A DNA stretch of 64,000 bases from a bacterium (GTDB lineage Bacteria > SAR324 > NAC60-12), in NCBI GenBank assembly GCA_965209155.1, contig OZ242383.1, forward strand, positions 64,001 through 128,000, given 5' to 3'. Shown here piece after piece: positions 52,804 to 64,000 of the stretch (positions are counted from its first letter, which is position 1; each line of letters begins with the position of its first letter). The notes beneath the pieces were generated by a model. It had not been told where the DNA came from, searched no databases, and saw nothing but the letters and a program-made list of their open reading frames with translations. Both the position numbers and the translations under genes were made by a program.

Positions 52804-54567
52804 TTACTGGTCGTGCCGCGGGGTTTCCACGCGGATGGTGACGATATCCGTGCCATGGTATTGCTGGTGGCTCACCGAGGAGGCGAGATGCCGCAAAAGC
52901 CGAAGTGAAATTTCCCGTTCATCCGGTACTTCGACTTCCGCGGATCGCGATTCGAGCAGCGTGATCCGATCCTGGAGGTTTTCCTGGTCGGAGGAGGAAA
53001 TGAATTCGAGGATCGCCCCGCCATCTTCCTTATGGGCGGTGAGGAGCAATCGACGCCGTTCTTGTTTTTCACCGGCTTGGTCCGGTTCGACCAGCGTCAA
53101 CAGCGTCTCTTCACAGGCCGCATCGAGACGCTGCGCCATCATGGCGTCCCAACCGTTCCGGGATACGAATTTGCCGAGAAATTCCCGGATCTCCGGCAGG
53201 ACCGAAGGATCGCATTCGACCTCGACCCGGCTGCGGCGGGGTGAGGTCCACTCCACAAAGAGGGACATGAGAATCGCCACCAGACCCCCGGCTGTCATTC
53301 CATTCTGCAAGAGCCCGCCGGCAAATTCGGAAAAATAGACGGGGAAAATCACGCCGCTCTGGAATCCGACCCCGGCCCAGAACGCGACCCCGGCAATGAG
53401 GCCCTTGCGATAATCAAGCCCGTCCTGGACGACCATCTTCATGCCCGTGACGAAAAGCATGGCCAGCAGCACCATGACATAGGCCGCGACCACCGGCCCC
53501 GGGATCGCCAGGATCACTGCGAGCACCTTGGGCAAGAAGGCCACGGTGATGAAGATCAACCCGATGGCAACCCCGACGCTACGCGCGCCGACTCCGGTGA
53601 GTTCAGTGACCGCAATGCTGGTCGAGTAGGTCGTGTTGGGTACCGTCCCGGCGAGTCCGGAGAGCAGGTTCCCGGTTCCGTCCGCAGCCACGGCGCCTTG
53701 CACCGCGCGGAAATCCACCGCCCGGGGTCGACGCCAGGATACGTGTTGGATGGCGATGGCGTCCCCAATGGTTTCGATGGCCCCCACCAGCGTCACGAAT
53801 ACGAATGCCGGAAGGAGCGACCAGAAAACAGGTCCGAACTCGAGGTCGAAGCCCGGCCATCCCCCTTGCGGAATCCCGATCCATTCTGCTTTGAGCACGA
53901 TTCCCACATCGTAGATTCCGAAATATCCAGCGACCAAGGAACCCGCGATGACCCCGATGACGGGTGCCCAGAGTCGTAACGGTCCGGTGGCTTTCAGGGC
54001 GAGAGCGGCGATGACGAGTAGGGTGACCAGGGCGCTCACCGGGGCGGCCAAGGCGGGGGAAGCGTCCGGCACCTGTTCCAACATATCGAAAATGATGGGC
54101 ATCACCGTGACCGATATGAGCATGATCACCGTTCCCGATACGGTCGGGGTGAGCACCCGCCTCAGCCAGGAGAGCCTTGAAGCGAAGGTGAACTGGAAAA
54201 ACGACGAAATGACCACCAGGGTGGCGAGCATCGCCGGGCCCCCTTTGGCGAGCGCCGTGACGCAGACGGCGATGAAAGCTCCCGAAGTCCCCATCAGGAG
54301 AACATAGCCGGCACCAATGCGTCCCACCCGGATCGCCTGCATCAACGTGGTGATACCGCAAATCGCCACGGCTGAAAAAACGGCCCAGGAGAGGTAGGTT
54401 TCGTCGGTACTTCCGGCGGCTCGTATGATGATTGTCGGGGTCAAGACGATGCCTGCGATACAGAGAATGGCAAGCTGCAAACCGAGACCGAAGGCGAGTG
54501 GTTTCGGCGGCTTTTCATCGGGTTGGTAACGGATGCTCGAGCGATGGTCAGGGGTGTCGGTCTGCAT
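52804..54567 (-). CDS. NCS2 (xanthine/uracil) permease with C-terminal HATPase/anti-sigma-like domain
   Basis: GLGLQ, ETIGD, PNTTYS signature, multiple TM helices; ~140-aa soluble tail. Confidence 0.85.
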   Translation of the reverse strand: MQTDTPDHRSSIRYQPDEKPPKPLAFGLGLQLAILCIAGIVLTPTIIIRAAGSTDETYLSWAVFSAVAICGITTLMQAIRVGRIGAGYVLLMGTSGAFIAVCVTALAKGGPAMLATLVVISSFFQFTFASRLSWLRRVLTPTVSGTVIMLISVTVMPIIFDMLEQVPDASPALAAPVSALVTLLVIAALALKATGPLRLWAPVIGVIAGSLVAGYFGIYDVGIVLKAEWIGIPQGGWPGFDLEFGPVFWSLLPAFVFVTLVGAIETIGDAIAIQHVSWRRPRAVDFRAVQGAVAADGTGNLLSGLAGTVPNTTYSTSIAVTELTGVGARSVGVAIGLIFITVAFLPKVLAVILAIPGPVVAAYVMVLLAMLFVTGMKMVVQDGLDYRKGLIAGVAFWAGVGFQSGVIFPVYFSEFAGGLLQNGMTAGGLVAILMSLFVEWTSPRRSRVEVECDPSVLPEIREFLGKFVSRNGWDAMMAQRLDAACEETLLTLVEPDQAGEKQERRRLLLTAHKEDGGAILEFISSSDQENLQDRITLLESRSAEVEVPDEREISLRLLRHLASSVSHQQYHGTDIVTIRVETPRHDQ

Positions 54568-54748
54568 AGGGTCCTTTGGGGTCTTTCCCGGAAGTGGGTG
54601 AATCAAAATAATCGTTGGCATTCAGCGGCCGGAGATCCGGCAGCGTGAAGTGGCGACTCGTTTCGATGGTGCAAAAAATGATCCGCATGGAAAATCAAAC
54701 AGGGTATCCCGTCACCGGGAAGGCCCCGGCTCCTTGAATGAATGGATG

Positions 54749-55009
54749 CTACTCGATCAGTCCATCGAGTGGAATGGCTTCTTCGATGAGCATGATTGGA
54801 ATATTGTCCCGGATTGGATAAAGAAATTTTTGATCCTGACGGATCAAGCCGCCGTCTATGGTTTCAGTGACCCTTTGCTTTCCGCGGTTGAGAAGTTTGT
54901 TTTCATTGATTTGTTCGTTGATTTTTTCGATCAACGCACCACTTCCCAGCGAAACGGGTTCTTTGGTTTCAGGACATACCAATATTTCGAGCAATTCCGG
55001 ATCAATCAT
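54749..55009 (-). CDS. Trm112-like protein
   Basis: MIDPELLEILVCPE...YPIRDNIPIMLIEEA. Confidence 0.9.
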   Translation of the reverse strand: MIDPELLEILVCPETKEPVSLGSGALIEKINEQINENKLLNRGKQRVTETIDGGLIRQDQKFLYPIRDNIPIMLIEEAIPLDGLIE

Positions 55010-55017
55010 GTTCCCTT

Positions 55018-56535
55018 TCATTCAATTCTTTTCGTAATTTGTCTGGCGTAGAGTTCCGCTCCGGCAGGAGTGGGATATTGGGTACTGATACAGGCCGTAC
55101 AAAGTTGATTCTGCGGCAGGCCGATGGCCCGGGTGAGTTGCTCGATCGTCAGAAATTTCAAACTGGCGGCTCCGAGTTCCCCCGCCATGGTTTCCAGTAT
55201 TTCACTGGAGAGTTCGAGGGACTGTCCGGGGCGCCAGAAACGGGCAGCGAACAGTTCCTGTACGGTGGGAATGTTGATGCCGTAAAAACAGGGAGCGATG
55301 ATTGCAGGACAAGCGATGCGAACATGCACCTCTGCCGCTTTCCCTCTTTGGTGCAAATCCTCTATGATGTTTTTCAAAGTGGCCGCGCGTACCAGGGAGT
55401 CGTCCACTAAAAAGATCTTCTTGTTTTCCAGGAGTTCACGAAGCGGCGTGAATTTGCGTAAAATAACATCCTGGCGATTTTCGCCTTCGATGAAAGTGCG
55501 TCCCACATAGCGATTTCTGACAATCCCTTCAATCACCGGAATACCGAGTTTGTACCCGAATGCGACTCCTGCCACTTTGGCGGTTTCGGGCACGGGAACC
55601 ACCAGGGCCTGGCGGTGGTCCTCTTCTTCCGTTTCCGCAAGCAAACGCCCCATGTTGCTGCGCGCTTTGAAAATGGAGCGACCATCGAGATTGGAGGCCA
55701 GGTTGGCGAAATAAACCCATTCAAAATGGCAATGCGCCGGTTCCTGTTTTTGCCAGAATCGTTCAATACGAAAATGGCCGTCGAGGGTGGCAATCAAAAG
55801 CGTACCCGGTTCGAGGTTTTGATGGTCCACGATTCCCATGCGGGTCAAAACGACGCTTTCGGAGGCCACCACGAGCAAGTTGTCCTTCACTCCATAACAG
55901 AGGGGTTTGATTCCCAGGGGATCCCGGAGGGCGACCAAATCCCCGCAGGCGTTCAAAAAAACAATGTTGAATGCGCCATCAAAGCATCGGGCGAGGGAGG
56001 AAAAGATTTCCTTGAAGCTGCGCTGGTCTTCTCCCATGAGTTCTTTGTTGAGGTAATGCATCATCACTTCCGTATCGCTGTTGTAAGTGATGTGGTAGCC
56101 TTTCTCGACCAGCTCCGTTTTCAAGTTCTCAAAATTGGCGAGGTTGCCATTGAAGGCCAGAGAGAACCATTTCCATTTGCGTCCGTGTACCCTTTCAAAG
56201 GGTTGGGCAAAATTCCAGTTTTCCTGACCACTGGTCGCATAACGGACATGCCCGATGGCAATGGTGCCGCTGAATTCTTCAAGCAAGGCTCGATATTTCC
56301 CGGGGCTGTACATGCGGAAAACCTGCTCCACCGTACCTATGTCTTTGTGCGTTTGTAAGAGACGGTCGCGACGGGGATTGAAACTGGTCAGTCCGGCGCT
56401 CAATTGACCACGGTTTTGCAGGTCCAGCAAAAAACCGGGAATGTAACGAGTGACGTTGAGCGGCGCTGTTTTGGATTGGTCCAACTGGTAGATGACGGCA
56501 ATCCCGCACTCTTCACGAAGCGTTTCAAAGGACAT
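55018..56535 (-). CDS. purF: Amidophosphoribosyltransferase
   Basis: LREECG, LQNRGQ, GHVRYAT, RYVGRTFI, VDDSLVR..T, PCFYGI, LC.AC. Confidence 0.95.
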   Translation of the reverse strand: MSFETLREECGIAVIYQLDQSKTAPLNVTRYIPGFLLDLQNRGQLSAGLTSFNPRRDRLLQTHKDIGTVEQVFRMYSPGKYRALLEEFSGTIAIGHVRYATSGQENWNFAQPFERVHGRKWKWFSLAFNGNLANFENLKTELVEKGYHITYNSDTEVMMHYLNKELMGEDQRSFKEIFSSLARCFDGAFNIVFLNACGDLVALRDPLGIKPLCYGVKDNLLVVASESVVLTRMGIVDHQNLEPGTLLIATLDGHFRIERFWQKQEPAHCHFEWVYFANLASNLDGRSIFKARSNMGRLLAETEEEDHRQALVVPVPETAKVAGVAFGYKLGIPVIEGIVRNRYVGRTFIEGENRQDVILRKFTPLRELLENKKIFLVDDSLVRAATLKNIIEDLHQRGKAAEVHVRIACPAIIAPCFYGINIPTVQELFAARFWRPGQSLELSSEILETMAGELGAASLKFLTIEQLTRAIGLPQNQLCTACISTQYPTPAGAELYARQITKRIE

Positions 56536-56641
56536 GGCTTACTTTCCGGCAGACGGTGCGAACATTGTTCAAACCGAAATGGTTCAGCATAGCAGAATTC
56601 TTAACATTTAACACCCGCGGCGGTGCGCCTCATGAAAACTT

Positions 56642-58780
56642 TCATCTCCGAATCGCTTCCAGAACTTGTAGCGCTGCACGAGGAATGGGGGTGCCGGGGC
56701 CAAAGATACAAGAGACTCCGAGTTGTTGCAGGTAATTGTAATCTTTGGGAGGAATGACCCCCCCGACCACAACGGCAATCTCTTGACCGGCTTTCTCCGC
56801 TTTGAGGGCATGGATCAATTGGGAAATCAAAGTCTGGTGCCCCCCTGCCTGGGTCGAAATTCCCACCACGTGCACATCATTTTCAAGGGCCTGTCGCGCC
56901 ACTTCCTCCGGGGTTTGAAACAAGGGGCCGACTTCCACCTCGAAACCAAAATCGGAAAGTGCGGAGGCAATCACTTTGGCTCCGCGATCATGCCCGTCCT
57001 GTCCGACTTTCGCAACCAGGATGCGAGGTTGCCGTCCTGCGTTTTCAGCAAATGCTTCAACCCGGGCCCGGACAACCGTCAATTCCTCCTTCCGGTACGA
57101 ATTGCCGTAAACTCCCGAAATGGTATGAGCCGGGGCCTTGTAACGTCCGAATTGTTTCTCCAGGGCGTCCGAAATCTCACCCACCGTGGCGCGAGATCGG
57201 ACCGCTTCGATGGCCAAGGCGAGCAAGTTGCCTTCGCCAGATCCGGCTGCATCGGTCAAAGCGTTGAGAGAGGCCGCAACCCGGGTTGAATCCCGTCTTG
57301 CTTTGATTTTTATTAAGCGGGAGACCTGGGATTCCCGGACAGCGGTATTGTCGATTTCCAGGGTGTCTATGGGAGCTTGTTCTGGCAACTGGTATTTATT
57401 GACGGCAACGATAGTTTCGTAACCCTGGTCTATCAATGCTTGTCGTTTGGCTGCCGATTCTTCAATGCGTGATTTGGGCAAACCCGCTTCGATAGCGCGG
57501 GTCATGCCCCCCAGGTGCTCAATTTCCGCCATCAGCTTACTTGTGGCTTCGATGAGAGAATGGGTGAGTGATTCGATAAAATAGGAGCCTCCCAAGGGGT
57601 CGATCACCCGTGGAATTCCTGCTTCCTCTTGAAGGATCAACTGCGTATTCCTGGCAATGCGGGCTGATGTTTCGGAAGGAAGCGCCAAGGCCTCGTCAAA
57701 AGCATTGGTATGCAGGGATTGAGTGCCTCCCAGGGTCGCCGCCATGGCTTCAATCGTGGTACGGACAATATTGTTGAAAGGATCGTGTTCCGTCAGACTC
57801 CACCCGGAAGTTTGACAATGCGTGCGCAATTTCATCGATTTCGGATCTTTCGGATGGAAAGCCTGAATTTGTCGGGCCCATAGAAAACGAGCCGCTCTCA
57901 ATTTGGCGATTTCCATGAAGAAATTCATGCCAATTCCGAAAAAAAAGGAAAGTCGCGAAGCGAATTGATCAATGGCCATTCCCTGCGCAAGGGCCAGTCG
58001 CACGTATTCGAGTCCGTCCGCTAAAGTGAACGCGAGTTCCTGTACCGCATTCCCTCCCGCTTCCTGGATATGGTAGCCGCTGATACTGATGGAGTTGTAC
58101 TTGGGCATGCATTCACTGGCGTATGCGATAATATCCGCGATGATCCTCATGGAAGGCTGCGGGGGATAGATGTAGGTGTTGCGCACCATGAATTCTTTCA
58201 ATATGTCATTTTGGATGGTACCGGTCAGTTGTTCCCGGGAAACCCCTTGTTCCTCGGCAACGACGATATAACATGCCAATACAGGAAGGACCGCGCCATT
58301 CATGGTCATGGAAACGGACATTTGATCCAGGGGAATGCGGTCAAAGAGAATTTTCATATCTTCCACGGTGTCGATGGCGACTCCGGCTTTGCCCACGTCT
58401 CCGCGAACCCTGGGGTGATCCGAATCGTAGCCCCGGTGAGTTTTCAAATCAAAAGCGACGCTCAAGCCTTTTTGTCCGGCAGCCAGGCAACGGCGGTAGA
58501 AGGCATTGGATTCTTCCGCGGTGGAAAAACCGGCATATTGTCGAATGGTCCAGGGGCGTCCGGCGTACATGGTGGCTTGGGGGCCTCGAACGAAAGGAAA
58601 GATGCCGGGAAAGGTATTGGTATGTTCCAGCTTTTCCAGATCTTCCGCAGTATACAAGGGCTTGATCTCGAGCCCCTCTGCCGTTTTCCAGTGAATGTCG
58701 CGCAAGGGCCTGTTTTTCAGTTCCGTCGTCGCGAGTTTATTCCACTCGGACAAAGAGGGGTTTCGTTTTTCAGGAGCCAT
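56642..58780 (-). CDS. scpA: Methylmalonyl-CoA mutase (fused B12-binding domain)
   Basis: [35 protein letters not shown]. Confidence 0.96.
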   Translation of the reverse strand: MAPEKRNPSLSEWNKLATTELKNRPLRDIHWKTAEGLEIKPLYTAEDLEKLEHTNTFPGIFPFVRGPQATMYAGRPWTIRQYAGFSTAEESNAFYRRCLAAGQKGLSVAFDLKTHRGYDSDHPRVRGDVGKAGVAIDTVEDMKILFDRIPLDQMSVSMTMNGAVLPVLACYIVVAEEQGVSREQLTGTIQNDILKEFMVRNTYIYPPQPSMRIIADIIAYASECMPKYNSISISGYHIQEAGGNAVQELAFTLADGLEYVRLALAQGMAIDQFASRLSFFFGIGMNFFMEIAKLRAARFLWARQIQAFHPKDPKSMKLRTHCQTSGWSLTEHDPFNNIVRTTIEAMAATLGGTQSLHTNAFDEALALPSETSARIARNTQLILQEEAGIPRVIDPLGGSYFIESLTHSLIEATSKLMAEIEHLGGMTRAIEAGLPKSRIEESAAKRQALIDQGYETIVAVNKYQLPEQAPIDTLEIDNTAVRESQVSRLIKIKARRDSTRVAASLNALTDAAGSGEGNLLALAIEAVRSRATVGEISDALEKQFGRYKAPAHTISGVYGNSYRKEELTVVRARVEAFAENAGRQPRILVAKVGQDGHDRGAKVIASALSDFGFEVEVGPLFQTPEEVARQALENDVHVVGISTQAGGHQTLISQLIHALKAEKAGQEIAVVVGGVIPPKDYNYLQQLGVSCIFGPGTPIPRAALQVLEAIRR

Positions 58781-58790
58781 GGCTCTTTAT

Positions 58791-61394
58791 TCATACGGTT
58801 TGGTCGGATGCTAGCGGAGCGGGTGGAACGCGGCGTTTTTGTAACAATGCCAGCAAAGCGAGCAACAACAATGCCGGGATGAACATCAATTGCTTGGGCA
58901 GACGGTCGGAGAGCACCTCGACGTTTAAAATTTCCCAGTCGAAATCCAATCCCGCTCTCTGAGCAGCGCTGTCAAAAGCGACGAAGTCCAACAGCACCTT
59001 GTTGTCTTCCATGACAATTTCAAGACCGGCATCCATCAATCTCTCTGACCCGGGACCACTGGCGCCCAAGGGCAATTGAACGGTTTTTTTAACGAGTTTG
59101 CCATCGATGGTTTCTCCTTCCACGACCAAACGCAAGGTGCCATTTTCAGGGACTTGCCCGGCAATCGATTCGATTTGGGAAGCGGCGATGTTCTGGTATT
59201 TCGGAAAGGCCATGTCCCAGAAAAACCCGGGGCGGAAGAGAACGAAGGCAACCAGACACAAGGCGATCGACTCCCAAATCCTGTTTTTTACCAGCCAAAA
59301 TCCTTGCGTGGCCGCAGAAAAGGCCAACATGGCGACTACCGCGCCAAATATTACGGAAAGTAAAGCCCAGACGTTCACGATGTCGATCAGCAGCAACTGC
59401 GTGTTGAAGATAAACATGAAGGGAAGGATGGCAGTTCGGATATCATAGGTAAAACCCTGGATTCCGGTCCGGATGGGATTACTTCGCGCAATGGCGGCGG
59501 CGGCAAATGCCGCCAAACCCACGGGTGGCGTATCATCGGCGAGGATACCAAAATAAAAAACGAACAGGTGCACGGCAATCAAAGGAACAATCAAACCGCT
59601 TTCGGCTCCGAGCGTGACGATAACGGGAGCCATCAAGGTAGAGACAACGATATAATTGGCTGTGGTGGGCAGACCCATTCCCAGGATCAGGCTGATCAAG
59701 GCGGTAAAAATCAACATCAGCAAGACGTTGCCACCCGAGATGAATTCTACGAATTCGGTCATCACCAGACCAATCCCGGTCAACGTGACCGTTCCCACGA
59801 CAATCCCGGCCGTAGCGGTGGCCACTCCAATGCCGATCATGTTCCTGGAACCGGCCACCATCCCTGCCATCAATTCCCGGGCGCTGGCTTTGAATTCGGA
59901 AGCGAGATGGCCCCGTTTCTGAAAACAGGCTTTTAAAGGACGCTGGGTAACGACGATGAAAATCATGAACAACGCGGCCCAAAATGCTGCCAACCCGGGA
60001 GAAAATCGCTCCACTACCAAACACCAGACGAGCACCACGATAGGCAGCAAGAAATGCAAACCCGCTTTGATCGTCGGTCCGGTTTCCGGCAATTCGACCA
60101 CTTCCGAATCGGGAGCGTCCATCTGCAATTCCGGGAACCCGGTCCCATACCAGATCAACAAGACGTAAACCAGGAGAGTGAGGATGGAGACAATCGGGAA
60201 GGCGGCACTTCCGAAAAGGTCTTTCATCCAACCAATCCCGTAATAAACGATACCACTGAGAATGATCAATCCGAGGATGGTGCCGACAAAGGAGAGAAGG
60301 CTTTGCGCCAGCGTCGGTTTATGACGCCGGGGCAGTCCCTGCATATTGGCCTTACACGCTTCCAGGTGGACGATATAAACCAGGGCGATGTAGGAAATGA
60401 GCGCGGGTAAAATAGCATGGGTGATCACTTCGATGTAGGAGACGCCGACATACTCCACCATCAAGAAAGCGGCTGCCCCCATTATGGGAGGGGTCAATTG
60501 ACCGTTTGTAGACGCGGCTACTTCCACTGCGCCTGCTTTGTAATCGGGAAATCCCACGCGTTTCATCAAAGGAATCGTGAAAGTCCCGGTCGTCACCACG
60601 TTGGCAATCGAAGAACCGGAAACCAATCCACTCAATCCCGATGAAACGACGGCGGCTTTGGCAGGACCGCCACGATAATGTCCAAGGAGGGAAAACGCCA
60701 CTTTGATGAAGTAATTTCCCGCCCCCGCCTTGTCCAGTAAGGCGCCGAACAAAACAAAGAGAAAAACGAAGCTGGTGGAAACCCCCAAGGCCACACCGAA
60801 TACGCCTTCGGTCCCCAACCATTGATGGGACATGGTCTTGTTGAAACTGGCGCCCTTGTGAGCAATGACATCCGGCATATAAGGGCCAAAAAAGGTGTAA
60901 CAGAGAAAAACAAGAGCGACAACCATCAATGGCGGACCGAGCGCCCGCCGGGTGGCTTCCAGCAGCAAGACCATGCCCACTCCGGCAATCACGAGATCCA
61001 TCGTGATGGGAGCCCCCGAGCGATCCGAAAGCTGGGTATAGAATAAATAAATATATGCCGCGCAAAATGCCCCAACCAGCGCCATGACCCAATCATGGAG
61101 CGGGATGACGTTCCTGGCGGATTTTTTAAATGCAGGGAATGCCGTAAAGGTCAGAAAAATGGCAAAGGCGAGATGAATGGAACGGGCTTCCGTGTCGTTG
61201 AACACGCCTATTCGAAATATGAATGGCAAGGGAGATGCGTACCATAATTGAAACAAGGCCCAGACCAAGGGTACGAAAAACAATACTATTCCAGAAATAC
61301 CGGCAACGGATCGCGCACCGCTATCGGACTCCGCAACCATTGCCTGGAGTACTTGACGAGAAGCGCTCTCCCCATTTTTTGCATTTTCAGCCAT
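58791..61394 (-). CDS. TRAP transporter fused 4TM/12TM permease (TAXI type)
   Basis: GGPAKAAV, GSSIANV, LGMGLPTTANY, ADDTPPV; C-terminal periplasmic domain. Confidence 0.95.
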   Translation of the reverse strand: MAENAKNGESASRQVLQAMVAESDSGARSVAGISGIVLFFVPLVWALFQLWYASPLPFIFRIGVFNDTEARSIHLAFAIFLTFTAFPAFKKSARNVIPLHDWVMALVGAFCAAYIYLFYTQLSDRSGAPITMDLVIAGVGMVLLLEATRRALGPPLMVVALVFLCYTFFGPYMPDVIAHKGASFNKTMSHQWLGTEGVFGVALGVSTSFVFLFVLFGALLDKAGAGNYFIKVAFSLLGHYRGGPAKAAVVSSGLSGLVSGSSIANVVTTGTFTIPLMKRVGFPDYKAGAVEVAASTNGQLTPPIMGAAAFLMVEYVGVSYIEVITHAILPALISYIALVYIVHLEACKANMQGLPRRHKPTLAQSLLSFVGTILGLIILSGIVYYGIGWMKDLFGSAAFPIVSILTLLVYVLLIWYGTGFPELQMDAPDSEVVELPETGPTIKAGLHFLLPIVVLVWCLVVERFSPGLAAFWAALFMIFIVVTQRPLKACFQKRGHLASEFKASARELMAGMVAGSRNMIGIGVATATAGIVVGTVTLTGIGLVMTEFVEFISGGNVLLMLIFTALISLILGMGLPTTANYIVVSTLMAPVIVTLGAESGLIVPLIAVHLFVFYFGILADDTPPVGLAAFAAAAIARSNPIRTGIQGFTYDIRTAILPFMFIFNTQLLLIDIVNVWALLSVIFGAVVAMLAFSAATQGFWLVKNRIWESIALCLVAFVLFRPGFFWDMAFPKYQNIAASQIESIAGQVPENGTLRLVVEGETIDGKLVKKTVQLPLGASGPGSERLMDAGLEIVMEDNKVLLDFVAFDSAAQRAGLDFDWEILNVEVLSDRLPKQLMFIPALLLLALLALLQKRRVPPAPLASDQTV

Positions 61395-61486
61395 TTTCCT
61401 TTCCTCTTGTCAAGACGCGAACACAGGAAGAAAATATTTCCGGAGAGCCACCATACGCATCTCGACGCCATCGGCAAGGCGGGTGA

Positions 61487-61521
61487 GGGTAAAAAGGAAG
61501 CATGATGCTTCCTTTTTACCC
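61487..61521 (-). terminator. Perfect hairpin (terminator or mRNA stabiliser) after the TAXI gene
   Basis: GGGTAAAAAGGAAGCAT-G-ATGCTTCCTTTTTACCC. Confidence 0.8.
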
Positions 61522-61529
61522 CATTGGAA

Positions 61530-62510
61530 CTACATCATCAGTCCAGCTTCTTTATAATATTTCAGTGCCCCGTCATGGAGGGGAGCGGACAACCCGTCCT
61601 TGATCATTTCTTCTTTCTTGAGCACACTGAAAGCGGGATGAAGCTTCTTGAAATCTTCAAAATTTTCAAATACCGCCTTGACGACCTGGTAAACCACCTC
61701 GGCCGACGTGTTGGTTGAACTGACGAAAGTTGCCCCGACGCCAAAAGTGACGACGTCATCGGGATTTCCACGGTACATTCCACCCGGGATGGTGGCGGTA
61801 CGATAATAATCATTATCCGCAACCAACTTTTCGATGGCGGCACCGGCGACCGAAACCAGCATGCTGTCACAGGAAGTGGTCGCTTCTTTGATAGAACCCG
61901 AGGGATGGCCCACCGTGAAAACGATGGCGTCGATTTTGTTGTCGCAAAGCGCTTGCGATTGTTCCGCGGATTTCAATTCGGATGCAAGGGCAAAATCGGA
62001 TTTTTCCCAACCAAGCGCAGCCATGACCACTTCCATGGTACCCCGTTGGCCCGATCCGGGATTGCCTATATTGACTCGTTTACCTTTCAAATCATCGAAT
62101 GATTCAATTCCCGAGTCTGCGCGGGCTACCACGGTGAAGGGTTCGGGATGCACTGAAAAGATGGCGCGCAGTTCCATGTTGGCGCCTTGATCTTCGAACC
62201 TGCTGGATCCATGGTATGCGTGGAATTGCCAATCGGATTGCGCCACTCCCATATCCAATTCACCCGCGCGGATCGTGTTCAAATTATAAACCGACCCCCC
62301 GGTGCTTTCCACCGAACAGCGAATGCCGTGTTCCTTGCGTCCTTTGTTGACCAAGCGACAGATTGCCCCTCCCGTGGGATAATACACGCCAGTCACGCCT
62401 CCTGTCCCAATGGTGACAAATTGAGCCGCAGTACCCTGACCTACCAGAACGGAAAGACTGAATGCGATACTCATGAACGTCGCTAAACTCAGAGATAGTA
62501 TTTTTTTCAT
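61530..62510 (-). CDS. TAXI-family TRAP solute-binding protein
   Basis: Signal peptide; [39 protein letters not shown]. Confidence 0.96.
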   Translation of the reverse strand: MKKILSLSLATFMSIAFSLSVLVGQGTAAQFVTIGTGGVTGVYYPTGGAICRLVNKGRKEHGIRCSVESTGGSVYNLNTIRAGELDMGVAQSDWQFHAYHGSSRFEDQGANMELRAIFSVHPEPFTVVARADSGIESFDDLKGKRVNIGNPGSGQRGTMEVVMAALGWEKSDFALASELKSAEQSQALCDNKIDAIVFTVGHPSGSIKEATTSCDSMLVSVAGAAIEKLVADNDYYRTATIPGGMYRGNPDDVVTFGVGATFVSSTNTSAEVVYQVVKAVFENFEDFKKLHPAFSVLKKEEMIKDGLSAPLHDGALKYYKEAGLMM

Positions 62511-62707
62511 GATTCCTCCTGAAATTAAAAAAAAATTATATTGACCAATTCAAATTACCAGAGGTACCTTCACCTGCAAGCATAAATTGCTCTGCAACGG
62601 ATTCGAACCCCTGCCGGATATAACCTACAATGCATACTGAGCGCTGTCAAGCAAAATCCGGTTGGATTTCCGCTTGCTCGGGGAAGACGAAGAGGAATGC
62701 GCGTTTT

Positions 62708-64000
62708 ATGGGATTCTCCAAGAAAATTGAATGGTTTGGATTCGGCTTCTTGTCGCTCTTCGCTGGCATTTTTTTGATGGGGGGATCGGCAGCCGCACCC
62801 CTGATCGACTGGGATGAAAATATTTACGCGGAGGCCAGTCGTCAGATGCTGCTACGAAGCGATTATCTCAACATATACGTCAACGACTATCCTTTTGCTG
62901 AAAAGCCTCCCTTTTTTTTATGGTTGCAGGCACTCAGCTTTCATATTTTCGGGATCAATGAATTCGCTGCCAGGTTTCCTTCCGCAGTTGCCGGAGTAGC
63001 GTGCGTTTGGTTTTGTTTTTTCTTTGGAAGAAAAATCCATTCGTACCCGTTTGGCACGTTGTGGGCGATTGTTTACCTGACAAGCTTGCTGCCCGCTTTT
63101 TTCGCACGCAGTGGGGTGATAGACCACACCTTCAATTTCTTGATCATGCTGGCTGCCTACTCATTGTATGCCTATGACGTCAATTTCAGGGAAACGATCG
63201 ATTCACGGCAACGAGGGGGCAAGGGGCGAACTTGGGGATGGCTCACGATCGCCAGTATCAGCATGGGATTGGCGGTTTTGACCAAAGGTCCGGTAGGCGC
63301 CGTCATTCCGCTGGTAGCGTTTTCAGTTTATAAAGTGTTTTATCGTTATCCTCGTCTTTCCCTCCTTCATTTTCTCTATTGCGCGCTGCTCTCCCTGAGT
63401 GTGGCGCTTTCCTGGTACCTGGTCAATTGGCGGGTCTACGGAGTTCACTTCATTGCAGAATTCATCGAGTTTCAAAAAGCCCTTTTTTCCAGACCCCTGG
63501 AAGGGCATCGAGGGCCCTTTTACTACCATATCCTGGTTGCATTGCCCGGTTTATTTCCGTGGACTCCCTTTTTGATCCTCTTCAGGTGGAAGCATTTCCC
63601 TCCCGACCAACTCCATGCGCGTCCTTTACTCATCATGGGCACGGGCTGGATTGTATTTGTCCTGGTTCTGTTCGGTATCGTGACCACTAAATTGCCCCAT
63701 TATTCCGCGTCGATTTACATTCCTCTGTCATTTGCCATTGCCCTGTGCCTGGAACGGTGCCTGCAGATTCGGTCACGCATTCCAAAAGGCGTGATCCTGC
63801 TCTATTTATTGATGGGTACGATTTTTTCCGCCTTGCTCGCGTTTTTTCCGTTTTTACTGGAGACTCATTTCGAGAGGCAAGGGGTCGTCATCGATGTTCA
63901 GAGTCCCTGGCAAATCCATGGGACGGGAATAGCGCTTTTCTCGGGGGTGAGCGTGGCCAGTTGGTTTTTGTGGAAAAAGAAGCTCCGGGTGCCGATTTGG
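62708..64000 (+). CDS. ArnT/PMT-family membrane glycosyltransferase, partial (runs off window)
   Basis: Absent from the ORF track (no stop in window); manual translation MGFSKKIEW...PLIDWDENIYAEASRQM...FAEKPPFFLW...AARFPSA...LTKGPVG; GAGGA RBS. Confidence 0.9.
   Translation, partial: MGFSKKIEWFGFGFLSLFAGIFLMGGSAAAPLIDWDENIYAEASRQMLLRSDYLNIYVNDYPFAEKPPFFLWLQALSFHIFGINEFAARFPSAVAGVACVWFCFFFGRKIHSYPFGTLWAIVYLTSLLPAFFARSGVIDHTFNFLIMLAAYSLYAYDVNFRETIDSRQRGGKGRTWGWLTIASISMGLAVLTKGPVGAVIPLVAFSVYKVFYRYPRLSLLHFLYCALLSLSVALSWYLVNWRVYGVHFIAEFIEFQKALFSRPLEGHRGPFYYHILVALPGLFPWTPFLILFRWKHFPPDQLHARPLLIMGTGWIVFVLVLFGIVTTKLPHYSASIYIPLSFAIALCLERCLQIRSRIPKGVILLYLLMGTIFSALLAFFPFLLETHFERQGVVIDVQSPWQIHGTGIALFSGVSVASWFLWKKKLRVPIW

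Overview
Bacterial window with two parts. About 1-49.8 kb is a decaying defence and mobile-element island; about 49.8-64 kb holds ordinary metabolic genes (SDR, broken FAD oxidoreductase, ADP-ribosylglycohydrolase, NCS2 permease fusion, Trm112, purF, methylmalonyl-CoA mutase, TAXI-TRAP transporter, ArnT-like glycosyltransferase). The island contains an Mrr-like nuclease, a DUF5131/TcmP pair, a broken type III R-M system with an IetAS (AAA ATPase + S8 protease) pair between res and mod, a complete type I-C CRISPR-Cas locus (70 spacers by hand count, trailer end cut by IS21, retropepsin-like protease gene between cas4 and cas1), an SfiI-like type II R-M pair, and IS5, ISAzo13, IS21, IS1380 and IS1634 elements. 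The most striking unexplained structure is a 562-bp non-autonomous IS200/IS605-type element, present in 4 copies. Its ends obey the Y1 guide/cleavage-site pairing rule and it inserts at A^ATTA with no target duplication. In place of tnpA it carries an antisense four-helix-bundle (bAvd/23S-IVS-like) gene wrapped in its own 39-bp inverted repeats. It is interleaved with internally deleted RAYT elements whose GGGGTCAGGCTTGAAAG ends repeatedly coincide with truncation and duplication breakpoints. All calls come from motif recognition and manual alignment; no database search was run.
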